From contig JAQWMB010000027.1 in NCBI GenBank assembly GCA_029246995.1, forward strand, positions 40,922 to 104,921: a stretch of 64,000 nt of DNA, given 5' to 3'. The position numbers and the translations under genes are program-made. Positions 1 to 8,989 of the stretch are shown here, piece by piece. Source of the DNA: Dehalococcoidia bacterium (lineage in GTDB: Bacteria > Chloroflexota > Dehalococcoidia > UBA2979). How positions within the stretch are numbered: position 1 is the stretch's first letter; every line of letters begins with the position of its first letter. Below the pieces are notes generated by a model. That model saw nothing but the letters and a program-made list of their open reading frames with translations, ran no database searches and was not told the DNA's origin.

Positions 1-1
1 T

Positions 2-757
2 ACACGTTCTCATAGACATTCAATATCAGGAAGAGCTCCGTTAAGATATGGACCTTATGCGGGTATTGTTCAAATTGGTTCAACAGCAGCAGCAGTGGGC
101 ATTGCTGCTGTATGGGGAAGAAAAGCTGATGGCATCGCTAGAGTTGTTGATATTTCTGGAGTAGAAGCATTGATGGGCAATGTAGACAGTGCCTTTTTTC
201 TTTGGGCAGTCAATGGCGCCACGCAACCTCGTTCAAGTGGACAGTCGAGAGGATTATATCCAATGGGAGCATACAAATGCAAAGATGGTTATATGCTTTT
301 TTCAGCTGGCAGAGATCCAATGTTTACAAAACTTTGTAACGCTATTGGGCGACCGGAAGTCGCAAAAGATCAAAGATTTATAGATCCTGAACAAAGACCA
401 TCGCATTTTGAAGATTTTAAGAAAATTCTTGAAGAGTGGTTAATTACAAAAAATAAATATGAAGCCTTCGATCATTTCCAAGAACATGGCGTGATGGCTT
501 GCCCTGTTTTAGATGCTTCAGAATTACAAAATGATCCACAAACAGTATTTCGTCAATCATATATTGTTCGTGAACAACCAGGTCTTGGTGATATCACTTT
601 AGCTGGTCCACCATTTAGAATGGGTGGATTACATTCTGATAGCTGGGTATCTACAGCAGCACCAAACTTTGGACAACATACTAATGAGATTTTAAAACAA
701 TATAAATATAGCAATGATGAAATTATTGCCTTATTTAGAGCTGGTGTTACAACATAG
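2..757 (+). CDS. family III (CaiB/BaiF-type) CoA-transferase, C-terminal portion; 5' end outside window
   Basis: Frame is open from base 2, with no stop before the GTG at 95. GAYKCKDGYMLFSAG...RPEVAKDQRF...GQHTNEIL fits the C-terminal half of family III CoA-transferases. Paralog of 771..2033 and 62624..63826. Confidence 0.8.
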   Translation, partial: TRSHRHSISGRAPLRYGPYAGIVQIGSTAAAVGIAAVWGRKADGIARVVDISGVEALMGNVDSAFFLWAVNGATQPRSSGQSRGLYPMGAYKCKDGYMLFSAGRDPMFTKLCNAIGRPEVAKDQRFIDPEQRPSHFEDFKKILEEWLITKNKYEAFDHFQEHGVMACPVLDASELQNDPQTVFRQSYIVREQPGLGDITLAGPPFRMGGLHSDSWVSTAAPNFGQHTNEILKQYKYSNDEIIALFRAGVTT

Positions 758-770
758 TAGGAAGATTATC

Positions 771-2033
771 ATGACTAGTCAAATGCTTTCTGGTGTCAAT
801 GTAGTAGAAATAGCTGAAGTATGGGCAGGTCCATTTGGCTGTTCGTTAATGGGCGATCTAGGTGCAAATGTCATAAAGGTAGAGAGTTATCCAAGAAAAT
901 CGGAAACTCGAAATGCAGGTGATCCAAGAATAGATCCAAGAGTTGCAGAAGGAGAAGGCCCGATATACGAAAGAATTAATACTCATCATCATGGTAATCG
1001 TAACAAGCAAAATATTGCTTTAGATATTAGAACCACTGAAGGCAGAGAAGTAATGTCAAGATTAATTAAATGGGGGGACGTGCTAGTTGAAAGTTTTTCT
1101 GCTGGTACTATCAATAGGCTTGGCTATGGTTGGGATAGTATAAAAGAAATTAATGAAAAAATCACAATGCTTTCGTTAGCTGGTTGGGGTCAAGAAGGAC
1201 CATATTTAGGTCGTATCATGTTTGGTGTTGGCTTTGATGCTATGGCAGGGCACTCTTTGATACGAGGGTATCAAGAAGATACACCAGAAGAAATGATACC
1301 TATATTACATTCAGATGCGACCGTTCCATTGACTTGGATTGTTGCAGTCATAGGATCTTTAATGCAAAGAGAAAAGACTGGGCTTGGTAGTTATATTGAC
1401 TTAGCTCAAATCGAAGATATTGCATGGCAATTTCCTGGAATTATCTCAGAATGGAGTATGAATAATCGTATTCCAAAACCACAAGCAAATACAGATGCAT
1501 GCATTGTGCCTCATGAATGTTATCAGTCTGCTGGAGAAGATAGATGGATTAATATTGCTGCTGAAACAGATTTGCAATGGCAAAGCCTAGCTAATTTTAT
1601 GGAACATGATGAGTGGTCAGAGCTAGGACATCCTTGGTCGTCAATTGTTGGCAGAATTAAAGATCGCAAGTTAATTGATGACAAGATAAATGAGTTTACA
1701 AAAAAATACGATCCATTTGAGTTGGCTGATCAATTACAAGCAAAAGGCATTATTGCCGCACCAGTCCTTGCACCACCGGATCCATTAATGAGCCCTCAGC
1801 TTCATGCTCGAAATTGGTTCCAAATTATAGATCATCCTTATATTCCAGAAAGGTTACTTGGAGGATTTCTATGGAAGGTTCAACCTGACATGCCAAGTTG
1901 GGATAAAAGAGCAGCTTTGGTAGGTGAAAATAATAATGATATTCTAATGCAATTAGGTTTTTCATCTACTGATATTGCAGCTATGAAAGAAAAAGATATA
2001 ATTGGTGACACTTATGTTGAAGAAAGAACTTAA
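771..2033 (+). CDS. family III (CaiB/BaiF-type) CoA-transferase
   Basis: N-terminus GVNVVEIAEVWAGPFGCSLMGDLGANVIKVES fits the family signature (AGP...LGA.VIKVE). ATG 771 follows AGGAAG and lies just after the upstream stop (755-757). The ORF-track start at 714 would overlap the upstream gene. Confidence 0.85.
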   Translation: MTSQMLSGVNVVEIAEVWAGPFGCSLMGDLGANVIKVESYPRKSETRNAGDPRIDPRVAEGEGPIYERINTHHHGNRNKQNIALDIRTTEGREVMSRLIKWGDVLVESFSAGTINRLGYGWDSIKEINEKITMLSLAGWGQEGPYLGRIMFGVGFDAMAGHSLIRGYQEDTPEEMIPILHSDATVPLTWIVAVIGSLMQREKTGLGSYIDLAQIEDIAWQFPGIISEWSMNNRIPKPQANTDACIVPHECYQSAGEDRWINIAAETDLQWQSLANFMEHDEWSELGHPWSSIVGRIKDRKLIDDKINEFTKKYDPFELADQLQAKGIIAAPVLAPPDPLMSPQLHARNWFQIIDHPYIPERLLGGFLWKVQPDMPSWDKRAALVGENNNDILMQLGFSSTDIAAMKEKDIIGDTYVEERT

Positions 2034-2050
2034 TATTTTTTGGTCTAAAA

Positions 2051-3433
2051 ATGGCAAATAACAACGATTTTTTTGATGACTTTTTTGACATGCTTACTTT
2101 CAAAGGGCAAGCAACAAGAAAAGCACGACTTAATAGATTTACCAATCCCTTGCAACAATTTATTAAAACAGAGATTGCTGGCGGAATTATTATTCTTATT
2201 GCGGTATTATCAGCATTAATTATTGCTAATTCACCTTTTGATTCAATCTATTATGATTTTGTTCATTTTAAAATTAAACTTTCTTTTGGTAATTTTTTAA
2301 TTTCGGGCGATTTGCATTATTGGATTAATGATGCTGCTATGGTCATTTTCTTTTTTTTAGTAGGGACTGAAATTAAAAGGGAAGTTTTGATTGGTGAATT
2401 GTCAGATAAGAAAAGTCTAATGGTTCCAATTTTTGCTGCATTAGGCGGAATGAGTATTCCAGTTATTATTTTTCTTATCATGGTAAATAATCCTGATGCA
2501 ACTAGTGGATGGGGCATACCTATGGCAACTGATATTGCTATTGCGTTAGGCGCGATTGCTTTATTAGGTAAACGTGTTCCTTCAGGTTTGAAGGTTATGC
2601 TTCTTGCAATTGCAATTATTGATGATATAGGTTCTATTTTAGTGATTGCTCTATTTTATACAGAAACAATCTCTGTTATTGCCTTGCTTGCTGTGCTGAG
2701 TTTGCTAATTTTAATTTCTTTGTTGAACTATTATGGGATTAGATCGATGTTTGTGTATATCTTAATTGCAATCATAGCATGGATATTTGCTAGTAAAAGT
2801 GGAGTGCATCCAACAATACTTGGCGTTGCCTTAGGTTTCATGACTCCATGGAAACCCTGGTACTCACCTAATTTTTTCCCTGAAATTGCTGATAAACTGC
2901 TTGCTAGAATTAAAGACAATTTAAAAAATCAAGATGACGATGATCCGCATAATCATAAGAATGATCAGGCGCTCATCGAGATGAGCGCTATAGCTGCTGA
3001 AACAGTAGCGCCCTTGCAAAGAGTTGAGAATATTTTATTGCCTTGGTCGGCGTTTCTTATTGTGCCTATTTTTGCATTTGTGAATGCAGGCATCAATGTT
3101 ACAGGGGGCGCATTATCAGCTTCTTTGAATTCATCAGTTACATATGCTATAGCTTTTGGGCTATTTTTTGGTAAACCTATTGGAATTACTTTAGGTGCTT
3201 GGATAGCTGTTAAAACAGGCTCCAAGTTACCTCGGAGTGTTAATTTTACCAATATTTTTGGAATGGGCATGCTTGCTGGCATTGGATTTACTGTTGCATT
3301 ATTTATTACAGAATTAGCATATGTGGATGAATTTTTATTACGAGATGCAAAAGTAGGTATTTTAATCGCATCATTTTTAGCAGCTATCTTTGGTCTGATG
3401 ATGTTAAAAATAACGTCTAATTCAAATAAATAG
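2051..3433 (+). CDS. nhaA: Na+/H+ antiporter NhaA
   Basis: 460 aa polytopic membrane protein. AIAIIDDIGSILVIALFY carries the paired-Asp motif typical of NhaA, and length and topology fit. Confidence 0.9.
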   Translation: MANNNDFFDDFFDMLTFKGQATRKARLNRFTNPLQQFIKTEIAGGIIILIAVLSALIIANSPFDSIYYDFVHFKIKLSFGNFLISGDLHYWINDAAMVIFFFLVGTEIKREVLIGELSDKKSLMVPIFAALGGMSIPVIIFLIMVNNPDATSGWGIPMATDIAIALGAIALLGKRVPSGLKVMLLAIAIIDDIGSILVIALFYTETISVIALLAVLSLLILISLLNYYGIRSMFVYILIAIIAWIFASKSGVHPTILGVALGFMTPWKPWYSPNFFPEIADKLLARIKDNLKNQDDDDPHNHKNDQALIEMSAIAAETVAPLQRVENILLPWSAFLIVPIFAFVNAGINVTGGALSASLNSSVTYAIAFGLFFGKPIGITLGAWIAVKTGSKLPRSVNFTNIFGMGMLAGIGFTVALFITELAYVDEFLLRDAKVGILIASFLAAIFGLMMLKITSNSNK

Positions 3434-3440
3434 AGGTTAA

Positions 3441-4403
3441 ATGAATTTCTTTATTGAATTTTTAATTTTAATTATTAGTTTATCTGTATTGATCATTGCA
3501 GCTTCAAAAATGGTAGATAGTTCAATCTTTATTTCTAAAAAGATGGCTATTCCTAAAAGTATTATTGGCGCAACCATTCTTGCTTATGGGACATCAAGCC
3601 CAGAGATTATTGTTTCCCTTCAAGCTAACTTTGATGGTCAACCAGGAATAGCAATTGGAAATGTAATTGGTTCTAATATTGCCAATGTTTGCATAGGCAT
3701 GGCAATTGTCTTTTATTATGGAGTCTCTAGACTTTCTATTAGGCCCACTTATACTATTTCTGTGATATTTCTAATTATTTCAACAGTTATTGTTTCGTTA
3801 GCAATGCTGGACAGCTATATTTCATATTTTGAAGGATGGGCAATGCTCATTACCGTTGTAATATTGAATATTTTATTAATTAGAGAAGCTAATACACATC
3901 AAGAAAAAGAAACATTAAGCAGTATGCAAATGCGTCTTTTTCGTTTTGATGTGAGCTCTTCAGTTATTGTTATTTGCATCTTAGCTATGTCTGTTTTGCT
4001 ATTAATAATTTCTTCTAACTTCGTTGTATCTAGTGCTGTTTCATTAGCTATTATGATGAATATTGAGGCAACTTTTATTGGTCTTTCAATTATTGCTGTA
4101 GGTACAAGTCTGCCGGAGATTTTAGTTAGCATTGCATCAGTTAAAAAGAAAGAATTTTCCATAGCCATAGGCAATATTATTGGTTCAAATACTCTTAATA
4201 TGCTAGGAGTTTTATGTTTGCCTGCAATTATAAGCACTATTGATATAACATCAAAGAATTTGAATCAACAAATCTTTTTGCTTGTTTTGAGCTCTGTTTT
4301 TGTTTTGCTACCATTTTTTCTTAATCGCCTACATAAGGTTCTTATGGTAATATATTTGGCATTTTATGTTTTTATTTTGTTTTATTTTGGGCTAAATTCT
4401 TAA
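3441..4403 (+). CDS. CaCA-family cation/Ca2+ exchanger (YrbG-like sodium:calcium antiporter)
   Basis: Two alpha-repeats, GTSSPEIIVS...GNVIGSNIANV and GTSLPEILVS...GNIIGSNTLNM, in a roughly 10-TM protein. AGAGG precedes the ATG. Confidence 0.85.
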   Translation: MNFFIEFLILIISLSVLIIAASKMVDSSIFISKKMAIPKSIIGATILAYGTSSPEIIVSLQANFDGQPGIAIGNVIGSNIANVCIGMAIVFYYGVSRLSIRPTYTISVIFLIISTVIVSLAMLDSYISYFEGWAMLITVVILNILLIREANTHQEKETLSSMQMRLFRFDVSSSVIVICILAMSVLLLIISSNFVVSSAVSLAIMMNIEATFIGLSIIAVGTSLPEILVSIASVKKKEFSIAIGNIIGSNTLNMLGVLCLPAIISTIDITSKNLNQQIFLLVLSSVFVLLPFFLNRLHKVLMVIYLAFYVFILFYFGLNS

Positions 4404-4422
4404 CCAGTAGAGTCGAAATGTA

Positions 4423-4806
4423 TTATGATTTTTTTGGTATGAAGGAAAGCATATTTTTTATTGCTACGCAAATAAGTATAGTGCCAAAAATTCTTCTAAG
4501 TTTATCTTGATCTAATTCCCCTGCAATTTGGGCACCGATTATTGCACATATTATAACTATTGGAATGACTGTCAATATAACTGATTTATCAATAAGCTCT
4601 TTACTAAGATTTCTTGAAGTTGCTGAAATTGCTGTGACAATCACAGCTGCTAATGATATTCCTTGCGCTGTAGATTGCTCAATGCTGAGAATTAAAGTCA
4701 ATGCTGGTACATATAATGTCCCTCCTCCAATACCTAGCAGGCCTCCAGCAGTACCTCCAATAAAGCCAATGGTTAGTGTAATTAAAAGTTCAATAAATTC
4801 GTTCAT
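4423..4806 (-). CDS. TauE/SafE (DUF81) family anion exporter, half-size subunit (C-terminal-half equivalent)
   Basis: 127 aa with 4 predicted TM segments and the GIGGGTLYVP motif. Its ATG lies 2 nt after the stop of the upstream half-size paralog. Confidence 0.75.
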   Translation of the reverse strand: MNEFIELLITLTIGFIGGTAGGLLGIGGGTLYVPALTLILSIEQSTAQGISLAAVIVTAISATSRNLSKELIDKSVILTVIPIVIICAIIGAQIAGELDQDKLRRIFGTILICVAIKNMLSFIPKKS

Positions 4807-4808
4807 AT

Positions 4809-5165
4809 TTAATTACCTAACAATAATTTAAATCCAACAATAATTAAAAAAATTGAAAAGATAATCTTAAGTCTATTATCAGGAGTACCATGCATAATCT
4901 TTGCTCCAACTTGACCACCTATTATGCCTCCTAAACCAAGAATTATGGCAGTATTCCATTCAATATCGCCTCTTTCTATATAGAGTATTAATGCTGCAGT
5001 TGCTCCGAATATAACAATGACTAAGGAGTTTGCATGAGCCCGATGTTGTTGCATTTTAGTGATGCTGGTTAATAATGGAACCATAACTGTTCCACCTCCA
5101 ATGCCAGTTAAGCCTGAAGTTATACCACCAATTGCACCAATAATTAATAATTTAATTTTTTTCAT
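4809..5165 (-). CDS. TauE/SafE (DUF81) family anion exporter, half-size subunit (N-terminal-half equivalent)
   Basis: 118 aa with 4 predicted TM segments and the GIGGGTVMVP motif. Ends at TAA 4811..4809, directly followed by the second half. Confidence 0.75.
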   Translation of the reverse strand: MKKIKLLIIGAIGGITSGLTGIGGGTVMVPLLTSITKMQQHRAHANSLVIVIFGATAALILYIERGDIEWNTAIILGLGGIIGGQVGAKIMHGTPDNRLKIIFSIFLIIVGFKLLLGN

Positions 5166-5169
5166 AATT

Positions 5170-6684
5170 TCATTCTACTTCAACTGTAAATTTCTCTTTT
5201 AATATTGATCTTCTAATTTTCCCATTACGAGTTCTAGGCAGCTTGTCTATTTCTTTTATAATATGGGGCATCTTATATTTAGCTAATTTTTTTGATAATT
5301 TTATTTTTATTTTTTCTTCATCAAATTCATCGATTGTATTGGTAATAACTACAGCACAGATTAGTGTTTTATTATCTTTAATATTTTTTCCAAACACTGC
5401 CACTTCACTGATTTCTTCAAGGCTTGCAATGACAGATTCAATTTCTATTGGAGAAACTCTATAGCCAAATGATTTAATTATTTCGTCGCTACGTCCATGA
5501 AACCATACATAATCTTCTTCATCTATAGATGCAATATCTCCACCAATAAACCAATCATCACGAAAAACTAATTTTTCTTCTTCTTGTCTATTCCAATAAC
5601 CAAGCATTAAACCTGGATCAGATTTATGAACTGCCAGTAAACCGATTTCATTACTTTTAAGCGGGCTCGAATCACCATTTTCTGGTAGAATGCAAATTAT
5701 TCTTCCTGGTTGCGCTTTTCCTGGAGACCCAGGCTTAATTTTAATATTTTTATTAGTAGATATATAAGTTGATAGTTCTGTCATGCCAAGTGCTTCATAT
5801 AAGTCTGTGCCAACTTTTTTTTGCCATTCTTGCAAGGTACTCACTGGTAACGGTTCTCCAGAGCATAATCCATAATGCAGACTTGTGAATTGCTTCTTTT
5901 GTATTTTTGCATATTTTAATATTTGTCTATAAATTGTTGGGACTGCAACAAAAATATTTATATTATGCTGTTGTATCATACTGACCCATTTTTCAGGTTT
6001 TTTTTCTCCATTATATAGATGAGCATGACCACCTGCTAGCCATACATCCATAACGCCAACACCGAGAGTATAAGTCCAATTTAAGGCACCAGCATGTAAA
6101 ACTTTTTGATCGGAATTAAAATTTTCCCAACCTGCTTTCATTAATTTTCTACCAAGGATTGTTCTATGTGCATGTAAAACACCTTTAGGTTTAGAAGTTG
6201 TACCTGATGTGTATACCATGAATGCAGGATCTTCTTTTTTTGAGTTACTAATAAATGGAGCTTGATCGTTCACTTGTTCTTGTAGTCTTATTGGTGTAAT
6301 TAATTTTACTTGCTTAGTATATTTCTCATTAGGATCATTTGTTATTACATTTAGAGCCCCACTATCTGAAAGAAGGAATGATATTTCATCATTAGTCAGA
6401 TCTGGCGAAGCAGGTATTGGTATTCTATCAGCTAAAATTGCAGCGAAAAAACAAAAGGCATACTCTGCAGAATGAGGAAGCCTAATTAAGATTTTACTCT
6501 GTTTGTCAGGTACAAGATGAACTATATTTTGTTTGATTGTATTTACAATTTTCCATAGTTCTTCATAGGACCAAGTTTGTTCTGAGTTATCAGAAATAAA
6601 TGTAAATGCAGATTTATTTTTTTGTTGTTTATCCTCTGCCCATTGCTCTAAACATTCGGATGTTAAGTTAAAATGATTTTCCAT
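5170..6684 (-). CDS. AMP-forming acyl-CoA synthetase/ligase (ANL superfamily)
   Basis: AMP-binding motif YTSGTTSKPKGV, GEPL, GYWN and C-terminal PRTRNGKI; 504 aa. Confidence 0.88.
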   Translation of the reverse strand: MENHFNLTSECLEQWAEDKQQKNKSAFTFISDNSEQTWSYEELWKIVNTIKQNIVHLVPDKQSKILIRLPHSAEYAFCFFAAILADRIPIPASPDLTNDEISFLLSDSGALNVITNDPNEKYTKQVKLITPIRLQEQVNDQAPFISNSKKEDPAFMVYTSGTTSKPKGVLHAHRTILGRKLMKAGWENFNSDQKVLHAGALNWTYTLGVGVMDVWLAGGHAHLYNGEKKPEKWVSMIQQHNINIFVAVPTIYRQILKYAKIQKKQFTSLHYGLCSGEPLPVSTLQEWQKKVGTDLYEALGMTELSTYISTNKNIKIKPGSPGKAQPGRIICILPENGDSSPLKSNEIGLLAVHKSDPGLMLGYWNRQEEEKLVFRDDWFIGGDIASIDEEDYVWFHGRSDEIIKSFGYRVSPIEIESVIASLEEISEVAVFGKNIKDNKTLICAVVITNTIDEFDEEKIKIKLSKKLAKYKMPHIIKEIDKLPRTRNGKIRRSILKEKFTVEVE

Positions 6685-6777
6685 AATTATATAAATCTAC
6701 TTCTTACCCTTTGAGAACTATATACATTTGTTTATCAAGCATATAATTAACTTATTATACAGAAAAGAGCAGTTAGT

Positions 6778-7932
6778 TTGGAATCTGATTTTGAAGTAGT
6801 TATTATTGGTGCTGGTGTTATTGGCTTGGCTATTGCATCTCAAATTTCTGAAAACCATAATGTTCTTGTTATTGAAAAAAATGAACGATTTGGACTTGAA
6901 TCTTCTAGCCATAACAGCGAAGTCATTCATGCTGGTATATATTATCCATTGAATTCAAATAAACATTTATTATGCATAAAAGGGAATCAACTAATTTATG
7001 ATTGGGCTAAACAATTCAGTGTTCCTCATCTAAAGATTGGTAAAATTGTCTCTGCTACAACTGATAGCAGTCTCACAGCATTGGAAGATGCATGGGAGCT
7101 TGCTCAATCATCTGGGGCAAATATAAAAAAAATTAATAAAAATATTCTTAATAAATTGAAATTAAATTTAAATATTACTGACGGTTTTTTTTCAATTGAT
7201 AGTGGAATTATTGATTCTGCGAGTTATTTGAATTCTCTAGAATTCGTTGCAAGAAATAACGGTACAATTTTTGGTTATTCAAGTAAAGTAATTGAAATTG
7301 AAAAGATAAATTCTGGCTATAAGATAGTACTACAAAATAATGATGATTCCATTGGTACAGTTATCTGCGAATCTATTATTAATGCAGCCGGACATGGTTC
7401 TCCTTCTATTGCTGCTATGATTGGATATCCACTTGATGGTGGAACTGATAGTATGCCAATTTTAGAACAAGTGATTAATAAGGGAGTTTATTTTGATATT
7501 ATTAATAATAATATCAATAAATTAATTGATTATTTACTTTACCCTGTCCCTGATAATGAAGAGAATATGCAAGATTACATTAGTGCATTTGGAGGCTTAG
7601 GTATACATGTAACAAAGTCAGTAAATGGCACAATGAAACTAGGTCCTGACTCAGAATGGATTGATGAAAAAAATTTAAGTTATATTAATGATGGGAAAAG
7701 ATTAGAAGCTTTTTATAGGGCAGGAAAATTATTGATTCCTAGATTAAAAGTAGATGACTTATCACCTGGACAAGTTGGTTTTCGTTCACGAATAAAAACA
7801 AAAGATGAACAATATCCAGATTTTTTAATATGGCAAGATGAAAACTATATTCACTTAGGTGGTATAGAATCTCCAGGATTAACAGCTAGCTTAGCAATCG
7901 CTGAGCGAGTGAATGATTTTTTCTCTGACTAA
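6778..7932 (+). CDS. FAD-dependent oxidoreductase, DAO family (L-2-hydroxyglutarate oxidase/dehydrogenase-like)
   Basis: N-terminal dinucleotide fold VVIIGAGVIGLAIA...VIEK and C-terminal GIESPGLTASLAI. TTG start. The substrate assignment is only by family resemblance. Confidence 0.7.
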   Translation: MESDFEVVIIGAGVIGLAIASQISENHNVLVIEKNERFGLESSSHNSEVIHAGIYYPLNSNKHLLCIKGNQLIYDWAKQFSVPHLKIGKIVSATTDSSLTALEDAWELAQSSGANIKKINKNILNKLKLNLNITDGFFSIDSGIIDSASYLNSLEFVARNNGTIFGYSSKVIEIEKINSGYKIVLQNNDDSIGTVICESIINAAGHGSPSIAAMIGYPLDGGTDSMPILEQVINKGVYFDIINNNINKLIDYLLYPVPDNEENMQDYISAFGGLGIHVTKSVNGTMKLGPDSEWIDEKNLSYINDGKRLEAFYRAGKLLIPRLKVDDLSPGQVGFRSRIKTKDEQYPDFLIWQDENYIHLGGIESPGLTASLAIAERVNDFFSD

Positions 7933-8014
7933 CTGGTCTAATGGCCTATCGCATTTCTTAACTATTTCTGATATCGTGAATGCTTGTGAACAATAATTTA
8001 TTAAGGTTTTTTCT

Positions 8015-8548
8015 ATGAAAGCAGATAATAAATTTCCAATTGATGCAAGCCAGTTATTGTTTTTTGCACGATCTATCAGCGATGAAAATCCGCTTTATTT
8101 TGATGATGCTTTTGCTAAATCCAATGGTTACAAAGGAATCATTGCGCCTCCTACATTTATTGAAGCATATCATCAGTTTGATACACGTTATCATCTTAGA
8201 CCAAATCCAAATAAACAATGGCCAGGCACACCAAGAAAACAAGTAAAAAAGAGCAAGCCAAACAAGAGTGAAAAAGATTCTAAAAAACCAAAAAAAGGAA
8301 CAGGCTTACACGCAGAGCAACACTTTGAATATCATGAGCCTGTATATAGTGGAGATAAGCTTTATTGGATAGATCATGAACCCAGAACATGGGAGAGAGA
8401 AGGGAAAAAGGGAGGTAATTTAATTTTTACTGAGAGTATCACTGAATTTTTTAATCAAAATGATATTTTAGTTGTTACCGCCAAAAAAGTAACCGTAATT
8501 ACCGAGAAAGTTGTTAAGACTCAAGACGATGAAAAGAAAAAATTATGA
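8015..8548 (+). CDS. MaoC_dehydrat_N-type hot-dog protein (non-catalytic partner of a split enoyl-CoA hydratase), with a Lys-rich insertion
   Basis: FARSISDENPLYFDDAFAKSNGYKGIIAPPTF matches the FAS1/MaoC N-terminal half family. Its stop overlaps the start of the MaoC gene (ATGA). Confidence 0.7.
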   Translation: MKADNKFPIDASQLLFFARSISDENPLYFDDAFAKSNGYKGIIAPPTFIEAYHQFDTRYHLRPNPNKQWPGTPRKQVKKSKPNKSEKDSKKPKKGTGLHAEQHFEYHEPVYSGDKLYWIDHEPRTWEREGKKGGNLIFTESITEFFNQNDILVVTAKKVTVITEKVVKTQDDEKKKL

Positions 8549-8976
8549 ATAAAGTAATTGATAATTTAGAAGTTGGACAGAGTTTTAAAGAAGTTATTGT
8601 AGAAAACTTATCAAGAACGCAGATTGTACAGTATGCTGGTGCTTCTGGTGATTTTAACCCATTACACACTGATGAGGTGTTTGCTAGAGATGTTGCTGGG
8701 TATCCTTCAACTTTTGCTCATGGGATGCTTGGTATGGCATTGACAGGTAAATTATTAACAAAATTATTTGATAATCATTTAATAAAGAAGTTTGGTGTTA
8801 GATTTCAAAGTATCATTTGGCCTGGAGATACGCTGACTGCAGAGATTATTGTTACTTCTATTGAGTCGGTCGATGATAAAGAAGTAACTGACGTCAAAAA
8901 GATTGAGTTAGAAATTAATACTAGCAATCAAGACGATCAAGTAGTTATTAAAGGTACTGCGATAATTATTAGATAA
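8545..8976 (+). CDS. MaoC-like (R)-specific enoyl-CoA hydratase hot-dog subunit
   Basis: YAGASGDFNPLHTDEVFA is the hydratase-2 motif (D..NP.H.D); 143 aa single hot-dog fold. Confidence 0.85.
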   Translation: MNKVIDNLEVGQSFKEVIVENLSRTQIVQYAGASGDFNPLHTDEVFARDVAGYPSTFAHGMLGMALTGKLLTKLFDNHLIKKFGVRFQSIIWPGDTLTAEIIVTSIESVDDKEVTDVKKIELEINTSNQDDQVVIKGTAIIIR

Positions 8977-8989
8977 AGCTTATTACTTG

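Noticed and set aside
714-770. ORF-track extension of the second CoA-transferase overlapping the first
   Set aside because: ATG 771 with AGGAAG gives the canonical family N-terminus. The extension overlaps the upstream coding region.
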